Notes under the pieces: model-generated
Told to the model about the DNA's origin: nothing
The model's database searches: none
Seen by the model: only the letters and a program-made list of their open reading frames with translations
Program-made: the position numbers and the translations under genes
From: Tubiluchus corallicola
Taxonomy: Eukaryota; Animalia; Priapulida
Assembly (NCBI GenBank): GCA_030141605.1
Contig: JAQGDQ010000001.1
Location: 3,122,306-3,186,305 of the forward strand
Direction: 5' to 3'
Length of the DNA: 64,000 bases
Part shown: positions 13,914 to 27,502 of the stretch, piece after piece
Layout: the number at the start of each line of letters is the position of its first letter
Numbering within the stretch: the stretch's first letter is position 1

Positions 13914-15067
13914 GTCACACGACATGTAGGTAAAGCAAAGGGTCTGCCACACCAGTTCAGTAACTTTAGATGTTTTACGTCTACTTTACTTAATTATGCA
14001 TTAGTCTGTGTGTAGAGTGATTTACTAGTAGGATCTTGCTTGGTAACAAGAAAAAATGAACTAGGTAAGGTTCTAGTTAGGTGTTAAAACTGTTAATGTT
14101 ATAGTTGCTTAGGCTGCGAGGCATTGTCAAGTGTACACAAATGCTTTGTCTGGTATACTTAACCTTTGACTTTTCATGATCATCATCAATTACTGAAACT
14201 GTGAAAATGCTTATTAATCAACATGTTTCCTGTTTGTTTTCTATTATGTTGTCTGAAAGTTTTTCATGCACCTGACTAATGCACTCATTCACTTATTGAG
14301 CTGATCTTATTTTTATGTTTAGCCTAACATATGACCCAGTTTCACTTATTTTTTCGAACATATTTAATGCATATCTGTCTCACATTGACACGAAAACTGT
14401 TTCATGCATGTTTGTAAACACAGGCATTTCACAACTATTACTATTTTACAAGAGTTACAATTTCACAACTGTCACTATTTCACAAATGTCTCTTCTTATG
14501 CTCTTGTTGTCGTAATTATGTATTTAAACATAGTACATTAGTACATGTTTTTATAAAAGTGCACATAATTTTTGATTAATGGTTTTTAGTGCTGCAGAGC
14601 ACAGTATAATAAACTTGGAAAATCACCGTAATCTTCTACTCTCTATACTTATACCTATATTTGAATAGGAACAGCTTTAATTATTGAGATCTATACTCAT
14701 TTCGTTGCATAGGAATGTTTGTATTTAGAAGGTGCAAGTACTTTTGTATATATACATTAAGCCAAACTGCAAATTCGTATAGTATATGTGAGTGTTCAAG
14801 GATTAATAGTGTAGTGACATTAGTTAAACACGTTATGGACATTATACTCTGTCAGTATGATGATTGCCAAGAGTGGAACTGAAATAAATGTATACAGATC
14901 ATTAAGCTGTGATTTCTCACTTAGCTGCAGCTGGAACGTACTTTACTTTTGTACTGATTGGGCCAATGTTAACTTAATAGTGTATAATGTCATTTGTGAA
15001 CTTTCAGAACACGAGGACGAAATACACTATGCTTTAATTCAACGTACCATACTTATTGGAAACTACA

Positions 15068-18000
15068 ATGAAGAGCATGTGGAAAATGCCATCTGCGAAT
15101 GCTAGTGAAAGGCTTGGCAGGATATCTTCACATTTGTGTGATGACAGGACATCTTATGTTGTAAGTACTATTAATCAATTTTATTTTTCTTGATGGTGAA
15201 AACGAGTCATAGCACACAAAGAATTGTAATGCTTTCCTTTTGACTTGTCATGCAGCTCTGATCTTTTCCTTTCTTAGCTGACTCCAGCTTATAGTAACAG
15301 TCGCTTTATGTACATACTCACACATGTGCGCCCGTGTGTGTGCGCTTGCATGTGTACACACGTGTGTGTAATCAATAGAAACATGTTGTCATGCTAATCT
15401 TAAGATTCACATTTAAAAATGCATACAAATATAGATATTTGTTCCTCACAAACGTTTTAGATGCTTCAGAGGTTTACGTATTTATTTCTCACGTTAAGGT
15501 CTATGTTTAATGCCTTGAGTCTGGACATGAACAGATTGCCAAAATAACAATACACGTTAAGAAGTCTTTTGGAGATTGTCAGTCTTATCCATGTGTTTAC
15601 CTCTTTGCTTATTGTAAGAGGTAGCATTAGTAGTTCTCAAAGTAGAAATTGCAAAATTTATGAAAGTTTGTGTGAAATATAATGAAACGTAAAATTTGAT
15701 TGTTTTTTTATAGACAAATCGACTATGCCATGAGGCCAGTTCATGCGAGTTAATTGTGAGAAGCCCATTTCCTGATGTCTTTATTCCTAACAACTTGCCA
15801 CTCTATCAGTTGCTCTTGAAAGCTGGCACAAAATACCCAAACAACTTAGCCGTAGTTGACGCTGTAACTGGACAATCATATACGTATCATCAGTTACACA
15901 AAGTAGTCAGAAAACTTAGCAGTGCTTTAACCAGACAGGGGTTTAGAAAGGGTGACACCCTTGCGTTATGTGTTCGCAACTGTCCGGAGTTCGTTATAGT
16001 CTTTCTTGGTGTTGTGGGCATTGGTGGAATATTATCACCAATTAATCCTTTATACACATCTTATGAAATACGTAGTCAGCTGCTGGACTCGGGGGCGAAA
16101 TGGATCATAACGGAAGTGGAAGTTCAAGAGAAGGTTCGTGACGCAGCAGCAAGACTGTCTGGAATGCGAGGTTTTTTTATTGTGAATGATAAAGCATTTC
16201 AAAAGAAGTCTTCATTTGGTGGATTGCTAGAGGATGATGGTTCTGCTATTCCTGAGTGCATAAGAATTGACGTTAAGTATGATGTAGCTGTACTACCCTA
16301 CTCATCAGGAACTACAGGACTGCCCAAGGGAGTTATGCTAACCCATTACAATTTGGTAGCCAACATTCACCAAGCTCAAGCTGCATGGCCTTTTCTGCCA
16401 AACAATAAGTACATTTGCTTTCTGCCAGCTTTCCATTCATATGGCATATTTCTCTTACTTGGTGCACTAAGTCATGGATCTGGCATATATATGCTTCCTG
16501 GGTTTCAACCAGAGACTTTCTTGAGTAGCATACAAAAATACAGGATCACGCATGCTCATCTAGTACCTCCTGTGATCACATTCTTAGTTAAATCAGCAAT
16601 GGTGGATAATTATGACTTGTCTTCTCTGCAGACTATTTACAGTGCTGCAGCTCCCTTAGGTAGTAAATGATATGACCTTTTCTTATTTGTTTTTCTGTTA
16701 ATGTTTGACTTTTCTAAATAGTGCAAATAATTCTAATAGCTTTTTCTTTTTAAAATTTTTCATAGAGTTCTCAAAATATCGAATTTAAGAAGAAAATGGC
16801 AGTATTTTTCATTAGATATAGAGTCAATATTTTAGACATGTAACCATCAGTGACTATTAATTGCTTTAGTACATATCATTTGCTCACCATTGATCACACT
16901 GTACTTCACATTGGGCTGTGAGTGACATTAGGTTGACCAAATTGTAGGCCTAATTTGCTGCTGGAACTTCGAAAGCTATCTTTGTTTACCTGCAAAAGAG
17001 CAAGAAAGGAATCATGCAAAAATTACCAAGTTTAGTTGGTATTATTGTTCATTCAGAATCAGCCTTTTATTCAGATATTGTGTTGCAATCAGAAAAATTA
17101 CGCAGATAATCAGAAACTAATAAAAGCATTTGCAGACAATGTTTAAATTTTAAGGTAGTATCTTTGCCTATAGTACATATCCTGTAAATGTTATGAGTGC
17201 ATTTCTTTAGATACATCAGTTTTATTATACCTTTTTGGTGTCAACAATTGATGGATTGTCACTGTTTGTTTAGCGAAAGACATTGGTATGGCGTTAATGA
17301 GAAAATTTTCGCACCTCAGGGCTTTTCAGCAAGGTTATGGTTTGACAGAAACGAGTCCAGTCGTAACAGCTACACCGGAATGGGAAATCATGCCGGCTAC
17401 ATCAGGTTATCTTATACCAAATACAGAAGTCAAGGTACATACAGATTTTGGTTTTTATGGAATCTTAACTGAGCAGTAATTAAAAGTATTAAGAGGTTTT
17501 GTTAATCCTTGATAGCCAGAGTAATAATCATGCCCTGTATTTAGTTTCACATTATCTTGAGTATAACGCATGAATTAAAGTAAATTTCCAGTTGCTTTGT
17601 TAGGTTTCAGCTAAGTTGAATCAAACTAGTTTCTTCATTAGTTTCAATCAAGTATTTTTTACTTCAATAGTAGCATTTAGTTTTTGATATACAGCTGTAC
17701 TTGCATCATTGTGAATAATATTAAACTGTGGCTACGTAACTTGCTAAGAATTTTTGTATCTCATTACAAGTATTTTGATTAGTTTAGAGTCAGAGCAGCC
17801 ATTAATTTAAGGTTCTTTTAATTTGCGAATTCTGGCTGATGAAAGGGAAATGTTTAAGTAGGCACAATCAATGCCTTGCAAACTGGTGCTTAAAATGAAG
17901 TTTCAAAATTTCATTTGCCATGTTTACAAATTATGTGCCTTGTTGAGGGAAGATACAATGTTTTGCACATGTATCTGAATGCAGCTACTGTATAAACAAT

Positions 18001-21000
18001 CTGTGCTGATTTAATGTTTTCTCACCTTCATGAACTTCATCACCTTTCAGCAGCCCTTTCAACAAGTGCTAGATCCCGCTTGCAGGGTGATAAACAGCAT
18101 AAAAAGTGGCTGGTATTATAAAGAAAATGAACATTTTGACTACATTATAATGTGCATATTAATATCAATTATAACACAGTTTTCTTTATGTTAGGTTGTA
18201 CATCTTGAAACTAAGGCAATAGTTGGGCCAAATGTGGAAGGAGAAATCTGTGTGAGAGGCCCTCAAGTGATGAAAGGATATTTGAATAATCTAAAAGCCA
18301 CCAGTGAAAGTGTTGATGCAGATGGTTTTTTCCATACAGGTGATACTGGATATTATACTAACGATGGGTAAGAAATTTGGCATAGTGTGTATTGGTGTTA
18401 CATAATGTTAGTTTTAGGCCACGGCATGTGCGTAAAAGCAATTGGGAAGGAGGAAGATAGTGGTCAGTTTTTTGCGACTGAGTTTGATTAAAATTTAGAT
18501 TAATGAACCAACAGTCTTCTTGCATTTCTGTTCTGTGTACGATGGAGGGGCGGTTGGAGGGGCGGTTATACTTAGATAAGATCTAGTAGTTATAATGCAC
18601 AGAATAAAAGTAAAATTTGATCTATCATTAATTGAAAAATGAATAAACATCATTCGAAAATATGGAGCAGTTAAGCTGAAAACTGTTACATGATTTGTTA
18701 TTAAGGGATTTCTGTTTGATTGTTGCACTGTTACAGGTGCTAATCATTTGCTGGCACACAAATGGTGAATGGCATGAATGGCTACACTGCTCACAGTGGT
18801 TAAAACAATGTGCAAGTTGGAGCATTATTCCAGTAACACAACAGTTAAAAATCAATCATTATAGATTTTAATGTTCAGATATAAAACCATCCCAAAAACA
18901 AGCATTTACATTGAACTACTGTTGAAGTGTGTTTTGGTTATTTATTTATTTATTAAATATACCCACAACGATCATTACAGCATAGCACGTAAAAGAATTT
19001 AATATCATATTTATCATTATGTACACAAGATGCCAAGCTGCAAATGATCCGTGGGATACTCAAGAAGTAATTACTTGTTCAGAGCACCCCAAATGAATGT
19101 GGATTGAGTGTAGTAGAAAAGAACAGTAAATGAGTAGAAAGGAAAAGTTAATAGGGAATAAAAAGAAAGAGAAAGATGTGATGGTATCTGTATGAAGTAA
19201 TGCGAACTATAGAAATGTAAAAATCGACATAGATAGCAACGCGATGGATCCCGACAGGGACAGCAACATAATTAGCCAAATTTATTTCTTCTATATAATT
19301 AGAAAAGATTTCACTTTTACAATTTCTTTTGAAGTTGTTTATAGATAAGAATTTTTTATGTATTCGTTGATGTTATTCTAAAGTCTAGGACCAGTGTTAG
19401 TGATGAAGTGCCTTGCCGCATCAGTCCTGCAATACTTAATTAGAAATTCATTAGATCTTGTTTAGTAATGTCTTACATTAGTAGATAATGGGTTTAAAAA
19501 GAAAGTGGGAAGTAGCTTATGTTTGGTTTTGTATATGTAAATAGTGGTATTTAGATTTATTTGATCATTTAGTGCTAGGATAGAATAGTTCTTAAAAAGA
19601 TTAAGACCTACATTTTTACGCTTGTTCAAATTAGCTATCAATCTTATGAACTTACATTGTAGAGAGTTTAATTTAAGTATAGATGAAGGGTAGGTGTGCC
19701 CCCAAAATATATTACAGTAGGTTAAGTATGGCAGTACTAGACAATTATAAAGTGTGATAAGATGTTCTTTAGTAAAATAATGTTTCACTCACGTTTAACG
19801 CAATTTTAGAATGAATCATATTTAAGTGTGGTTTCCAATGTAAGCGTTCATTTAAGATAACACCTAAGAACTTCATTTCATTTACTTGTTCTACTGCATT
19901 GCCATTAATTTTTATAATACTGTTCATATTTATATATTGTTACTAGCTCTGAATAAACTGTATTTACTTTTTGTTGAATTTAATGCAAATTTGTTGATTA
20001 TAAACCAGGCTGTAATTTTACCGAGTTCACTATTAATAGTGTCAAGTAGCTTGCTGTTTATCCTGAAGATAATACTTGTGTCATCAGCAAATTGGAAGAC
20101 CTTTCCATTGTCAGTAATACAGTTTTGTAAGTCATTAATATATATTAAAAGCAACAGAGGTCGAAAAATAGATCCCTAGGGTACGCCATGTGTGACTATT
20201 GCTTCATTGGGAAGGACATTGTTACATCTGACTACTTGAATTCGGTCCTTGAGGTTATTAGCATTCCATGAGTATGCCACCCTTCTAATGCCATCCTGGA
20301 ATAATTTATCTAGCAAAACATCATGATTAACTGTATCAAAGGCCTTAGAGAGGTTGCAAAAATGCCAATGGCAACAGTGTTTTGTTCTAATGAATTAATT
20401 ATGTTGTTTATTATATTAATTAGGGCTAGCCGTGTAGAACTGCCCTTTCTAAAGCCATGCTGATGATTATAAGGTGCATTTTCTATGGTCAAGTAGTCTA
20501 ATAATCTTTTATAGACAATTTTTTCTAATATTGTAGCAAAAAAAGCTAATAATAATATAGGTCTATAGTTATTAATATTTAAGGAGTCTTTAACCTTAAA
20601 TAAAGGAATAATTACTGATTTGTTTTTAGTTGATAAGGTAATATTCCTGTTGTCAATGAGCGATTTGTTATATGTGTTAAAGGAGCAGCTAAGTTATCAA
20701 TTAAATCAATTATGACTTTGGGTAGAAAATTATCAAAGCCTGCCCCTTTATTATGGTTGAAAGATTTACAAGTAGATTTTAATTCATTTATTGTAACAGG
20801 ACTGAACATAAAAGCAGATTAATAATCACCCTTAAGATAAACTTTAGGGTTAGCACCAGTATTTGGAATTTCTGCAGCTAATTTTTGACTAATCTGCAAG
20901 AAATGCTCGTTGAAAGCACAAGTGACAGGTTAATTGTCAGTTATTATAACTTGCTCTTACCTTTAAGGGCATATGAACCAGATTTTCTATCTGACTGTAT

Positions 21001-22546
21001 AATTTCTTTCATAATAATCCACGTTTTCTTCAAGTTAGTTTTAACATGTTCTAGTTTGTTTTGATAATAATTAGATTTAGAGAATTTTATCATATTGTTT
21101 AACCTATTACGATACTGTTTGTATTCATGAATAGTGAGATCATAATTAATATCATTCTTGAGAAGTTGAGTATACATCTTATTTTCACATTTAATGCTAT
21201 TTAAGATGGCAGGTGTTATCCATGGCTTTTTAATGGCACCAGAATTTATATTAGTGTTGTTAATTGTAGTTATATTGTTATTGTACATCATTTAAAATTT
21301 ATCTAAAAATAAATTATATGCTTCTTGTGGTTCAGATGTAGTATACACATCATTCCAATCAATGTTATCCAAGTCAGAAGCTAACTTGCGTTTGTTGAAT
21401 GTTGAATGTTGAACTATTAGGCGTTATACGTGTGGTAAGGTAAATTATAAGGAAATAAGTTTTGCAAGCAGATGTGGCAATACCAAACAACACCAGCAGC
21501 TGGTAGTTTATCTTTTAAAGAAAAATAAGTACATTTTAGATGAATAATTCTGCCGCAGCAGTCGCAGTTCAACCGCCTGCTGGTTGCGTCGAATACATTT
21601 ATCGCATATTGGACAAAAACTGTGTACAGGTACCATCAAAAAGCGCAGGGAAAATCAGGGTTAAAGAGATTACAGAATAGAAAAAGAATAAAAAAACAGA
21701 ATAAAATATCGCTAGAGGAGTGTAAGTTTAAAATATGAAAAAAAGTCATATAATCACATAAAGTCACTACTTTATGTAAGTGCAATACCACTTTTATTAG
21801 CATTGCACAGAAGCAACTTCTTTGGGTCGTATGACCACATTTTTGAAGAAGTACTAAAACTTGTGAAATATCTGCAGTAGTTACATCAAAATTATTAAAA
21901 GCGAAATGTCAAAAGTTGTACTTTATTGACATAAAAGGTTACGTTTTAGTGCACTACACTATTTGTATATAGCCACATGTGCAGTTTGTCATGCAAATTG
22001 GCTTGCAGTCTTGTAATTGATTATACCATGGATGCTCCTTTCTTTGTGCTTTGTTCTTAGCTCATTATTTTTAATGTTATTTTTTTGTCCTTAGATAATT
22101 CTGTCGTAAGACCATATGTAATTAAGCATAAAAAATAGTTACTATTAGATTAGCAGTTTTTATAGACTAACTATTTTCTCTCTCATTCTTTTTTTAGACA
22201 TTTCTTTATTGTTGATCGGGTAAAAGAGCTCATCAAATACAATGCATACCAAGTGGCACCAGCTGAACTTGAAGCTTTGCTTCTTTCTCAGCCAGGCATA
22301 GCTGACGCTGCTGTTATTGGAATTCCAAATCAGCGCACAGGAGAATTGCCTAAGGCATACATCGTGAAAAAGAATGAACAGCTGACCGAAGAAGAAGTTA
22401 AGAAAGTTATAGAGGAAAAACTGGCAGCATTTAAATGGCTTAGAGGAGGTGTACAATTCACAACAGAGATCCCAAGATCCATAAGTGGTAAGATCTTGAG
22501 AAAAGTGCTGCGGGACATTGAGAGGAAAAAGTGCCAGGTATTATAA
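15068..22546 (+). CDS. Copy 2: 4CL-like/luciferase-like acyl-CoA synthetase, ~573 aa, N-terminal PTS2 (RLGRISSHL), C-terminus RKKCQVL
   Basis: Exons 15068-15160, 15714-16659, 17274-17434, 18195-18367, 22198-22546 (1722 nt, in frame). Motifs [56 protein letters not shown]. Alternative in-frame ATGs at 15077 and 15086. Confidence 0.92.
18938..21410 (-). mobile_element. Decayed CR1/L2(Crack)-like LINE inserted antisense in copy-2 intron 4
   Basis: Minus-strand fragments [31 protein letters not shown]...[28 protein letters not shown]. (AATA)n-like 3' tail near 18940. Many stops and frameshifts; 5' boundary approximate. Confidence 0.85.
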
Positions 22547-23660
22547 TAATTACTTATAACTGCTACAGTGTTACAACTAGTGGGCAAATTGTGTAAAAAG
22601 TTGAGACTTCTGCAACGTAGAAAGGAAATGTGGAGGACAAAGACCAAGAAATAACAATATAATTGCTCATGACTGTTATAGTTTGTCATCTCTAGTCCTG
22701 TAGCTGACCAATAAACCAAATTTGTTAGTGTGTTTTCAATAATAAGTTGGCTACAGACTACTGTGTGTTAAAAAAGTTTTGCACTACAGCTGAAAAAGTG
22801 ACAAGCATTACAGATCTGTTCAAACCTTTTCTTTACTGCCATAGTTTTTTGCTTAGTTGGAGGAGCTCAGTGATATGGTGAGATGCTACTAACTATATAC
22901 TGAAGACTTAGTGACTACTGTGCACAGTTTCCTTTGCATGGCTGCAGCTGTGCCAGAAATGTTAGAAAAAGATAGCTGCAGCTCGGCATGGTCATGGCAT
23001 GCCTGGGAGTGTTAAGACGCATGTTAAATGATGCTGTTTAGTGCTCCAAAAGGAAACAAGACATTATGTTTGTGCATCTATCAGGGTGTCCATAAATGTG
23101 TTTAATTCAGTTGACCAAAAATTGGCTACAAACATCTGCTACTGTTGTAATAAGCACTATGTAACAATCATTACAACTTATTAATTGTGTTATCAATAAT
23201 TACCATTTCTTGTCCTGTATTAATTATTTTTTACAATTTTGCACACTGCAATTTAATATCTACCATGCACTTTTGACAGAATTCATTTATTATATCGTTG
23301 GCTGATGCACTGTTAGAATCTTTCTTGTTAATGGTAGTACTTTTAAGTCTAACGTTGAGTCTGACAGAGGTGCTTTAGAAATCCTGCCGTATATGCAGAT
23401 TTTACATAACAGCTTATCTCTCTTTTAATAGCTGAGTAAGTATTACTCTTTATTTTGTCACTCCCTCGCAAAAGGTTGTATTGTGTTATACCCCTATAAT
23501 ATACCATGCTATTTTAATAGACTTATCCTGTTTGCAGCTAAAAATTAAAAGCTGATTTACTAAGGCTGAACCATAGGGTTAAGCTCAAACAAAGTTTTGC
23601 ACTTTTGATTGAGGGCTGCACACTTTAAATGTGCATTTGTTTTAGTTTTTGTATGTCTTG

Positions 23661-23742
23661 GTACCTGTGTGGTGTAATGGTTGCATATCTGCCCAGAAAG
23701 AGGAAGGTTTTGTGTTCGAGTCCTAGTTGAGATGCAAATTTT
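23661..23742 (+). mobile_element. tRNA-derived SINE head or tRNA pseudogene
   Basis: Pol III A-box (tggtgtaatgg) and B-box (gttcgagtc) at tRNA spacing followed by a T run; stems do not pair well. Confidence 0.5.
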
Positions 23743-24829
23743 TTTGGATTTAATTTATTGACAGTTGTGCTTTCACATGTTTATCAGGTTGTGGGCGGAG
23801 CTTCAGCATGGAAAATTAACAAATGGATTGATTACCTCATACCCATGGAGCTTAAACTGAGAATTAAAATTGCCATGTTAGGCTAAATACCAGATATAGA
23901 CAGTGCTGTAGCATGCATTTTTATTGTCCATGTGCATTATTGACGTTGATGTTGGCCAAAACGTATATTCTTTACAATCACTAGTACCAATATACTTTTA
24001 CACACTCAGTATCATTCTATTTTCGAAAATATATGCTACATTTGCGTCTGACATCAACTTGACGGTCTTGGTTCTCACCTTGTATACCATCACTGTGTAC
24101 TACTACATCGGCATATTCATTGGTGCCATGTACCACGAGGTGGTACACGGCGAGCGACACATGGTGCTGTGGGACACAGCGAGGCAGTGCACATTACAGT
24201 CGAGCAAGCCCAAACGCTCCAAATAGTGTAATTATGACAATTTTTTTATCGTCTTTTGTAGCAATTTTGGTTTCTTTAAAGCATGACTATTGTGAAGCCC
24301 TCAATCTCTCCTTGAAAGGTTTAAATTCGATATTATATTGAATCAGGTGAGCGAATTGGGTAAACAATTTATTTTCCAATAATCTGTTATTATAATGTGA
24401 TTGCAAGTCGTGGCGAATTTCTGTTTCGCAAAAATCGAGTTTAAAGGATTGCGCAAAACGTAAAGACGGCATTTGCGATTACCCGCATTGCCAGTTACAA
24501 ACACTCGTGATTACGGTGATTTCAATGCTCATTATTTTCTACTTTTTTCTACAACTCGTAATTGTGGTTATTAGTTACCGCATCGGTAATTACCTTGGGT
24601 TAATACTTTTTTTAAAAACGTTTGCTCAGATATTGTGCTTTTTGGTAATTACTGGAAAAATAGTACCGGAAAGGGGATTCAGGCGGTTCACACCGGCCAT
24701 ACCATCAGAAAGTTAGTAGACTAATAGTAATACTGAGTAAAAGGAGCAGAAAGTAAAGGTCCTAATAGTAAACCATAAGAAGCATACATTCCGCGCTGCC
24801 CTACACCTAATCAGTAATCATTCTATGTT

Positions 24830-25130
24830 TTTAACACATTGGAATCGTGCGAAAAACATTGGAATCGTGCTTTATATAAAAAAACTTATTCTTCGCATTT
24901 ATTTACACTCTTACTATACTTTAGTCCATCCGTACTTAAATTATGTGAGCTGTCTTTGGGGAATTACTTATACAACAAATCTAAATCTTTACGGTCACTC
25001 CAGAGAAAATGTCTTCGTTTATTTTATTGACTAAATAAATATTCTCGTATAAATGATACACATTTCAAAAATAGTAAACGTCTTGCTATTGATAACTTGG
25101 TGGTTTACAACTCTACAATTCTCGTTATTA
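24830..25130 (+). mobile_element. Short CR1/L2 LINE 3' ORF2 fragment
   Basis: YYTLVHPYLNYVSCLWG then, after a frameshift, LRSLQRKCLRL; same region as the C-terminal part of the intronic LINE at 19.5-19.8 kb. Confidence 0.6.
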
Positions 25131-26184
25131 GTCATGTCATACAAGAATGAAGGAGAAGAATAACCAGGAAGTATAGAAGAATTGACACCCTACTGATTTT
25201 TGCAGTGACTCGGCTATTGATCTGTTTCTCTTTACATTCTCATGTGAATCTAATCTTCATTTTCACCATCATCTCATTCAGACTTCAGAACCAATTAATT
25301 GAGTTCACCGAGCAAGTCATATAACAAGTTTTTTTTACAGTTGTATGCTTCCTAGAAAAATGTGTAAAATCATACCACTAACAGTCGCAACAGTTCCACT
25401 AATATCATGAAATAAGTAAACAATTATATAATTACTAAGTACAGGTTGTGAGCAATCCATCTGCTAATAAATAGCAGCAACTGTGCCAACCTCAAAGATT
25501 TTTCATATTACTGCAACGATTTTTCGTCATTTTGCTGTCATGGTTGCTTATAACGCAATCTGTCTGCCAACAGATACTGTTGTGTCAGCCCCATATAATC
25601 CCCTTTTTGGTGAGCCAGCTATGCCTTGCAGGGCTGCACACATTGAAATTTAAAAAGGCCTACGTCTTTATTAATGTTATTATAGTTGTGAATTTTGGTC
25701 CTTGCCCCTGCAAAACAGTGTATGTGCTCCTGTCACTGAAAGACAAAATTCTGTGGCTTACGGATGCACTACAGTTTTTGAAATCAGTTGTAAAACCTTC
25801 TAAATTTTCTTTTAAATTTTTTCTTCATGGTTCATGTTAGAACACAAAATTGTCTAGAACACTAAGAATGGCTGCGATGTGAAAACTCGTTCATTTGTGA
25901 AAAAGTTCCAGGAACTTTTTCCATTTTTTGTGAACTTACAAACTTGACAAATGTTGGAAAAAGAAAACTTGAAGTTGAATGTTGAACGAGTTATTCATTG
26001 AGAAGGCAAACTTGAACTTGAGTTCCAACTTCAGGTTCATCGGCCAAACTAGAAATGAGACAAAAAGGGAAAACCTAATAATATCTGTTATTCGAGTCAC
26101 AGGAAATTACGTGTTAATCATGATTTTGTGCTGCTTCAAAGCTGAATATGCTAGATCTTCGGGCAGCATAGCCAGGTAATGAAG

Positions 26185-26490
26185 CCAGATGATTTGAGTG
26201 CAAAATTTAGCTAACATATATTAAAACTGCAAGGAGAATTTCAGAATGCTAGTTAAATAATTAAATAATAGTTGTTTAAGTGACTACAGTATTATTTTTT
26301 ATAAGCAGAAGTTAAGTCTTAAAAAATCACGAGCCAAGTGCAGCCAAATTTGAGTGCGAAAAATAGCTAATGTATATTAAAACTGTAAGGAGAATTCCAG
26401 AATGGTAGTTAAATAATTAAATAACAGTTATTTAAGTGTCTAAAGTCTTACTTTTTATAAGTAATAACTAAGTATAAAAAATCGTGAGAT
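26185..26490. repeat. Imperfect ~140-bp tandem duplication
   Basis: tttgagtgc...tatattaaaactg...ggagaatt...agttaaataattaaata...tttttataag present twice. Confidence 0.75.
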
Positions 26491-27502
26491 CTGAGCCCCA
26501 TGATGTGAATGTTCTGATTTTCTTATTTCTGTTTACAAATATTAATAAAGTGAGGAAGTTCTATAAACTTTGATCATATAAAATGCAAATATAACTTGTC
26601 TTTAGTAAGTTTTTGCAACATATATTCACTGCAAATGTGAATGCGAGAGGATGAGTTGATTTGCTTGGAACATTACTCTCTTTTTTAAAAGCTGGGTACT
26701 TCACCAGCATTACTGTTATAGTCAAGTGCCAGTTGAACAGTAGCTGCAGGTTCAGGAAAATATTCTTTTTGGGGTGAAATTGAAAATCTTGATGTTTAGT
26801 GTGGATCACTAACCTGGTGTTGTCGCTAAATAAGGCACTGTCATTAGGCTGATTTTGCTTAAGCATATTTTATACTTATTTTTATCCTTTAATGGACGAA
26901 ACATGAAAAGTCCAAAGAAAATTCAAGAAAACTCAAAAAAAAAAATCAAGGAAATTCAAAAAGACAAATTCTACATATTTAAAGGCCTCTCAATAGTAAC
27001 AAAGATTGGCTATGTAATTGAAATTGTTATTATGATTATATAGTTTGCATGTCACATTAAAATTGACAAAATGATTTATGTACTTCCTCAATAAAACAAT
27101 TGAAATTGCAAACTGAGGCATAAGTTCAAAGTTCAAGATTATGAAGTGCAAGCTCTTGAACAGGATCAATAAATTCCAAATGGACTCATCCAAACAAAAA
27201 CCAGTGGCTAAAGAATGACTTTATACGTGTTTTTGCTAAAATGTTTTTTAAAACACAAAAACTTTGTATAACTAAGCTTTTGTGTGAGGTGCAAACTGCA
27301 GTCTGTGTTTTGGCTCATTGCATTTCTGCTGCCATTTACTAATGATGCAATAAACCCGTTGAGCTTGTTTTATTTACATAGATTATTACTTTTTTTAGTT
27401 AGTTCCCAAAATGCAAACTGGCATCACTTTACTATAGAGTGGTCTAGGAGTACTATATCTGGCAACACAGGAGTTCATTAATTTGTTACAGAAATCCCTA
27501 CT

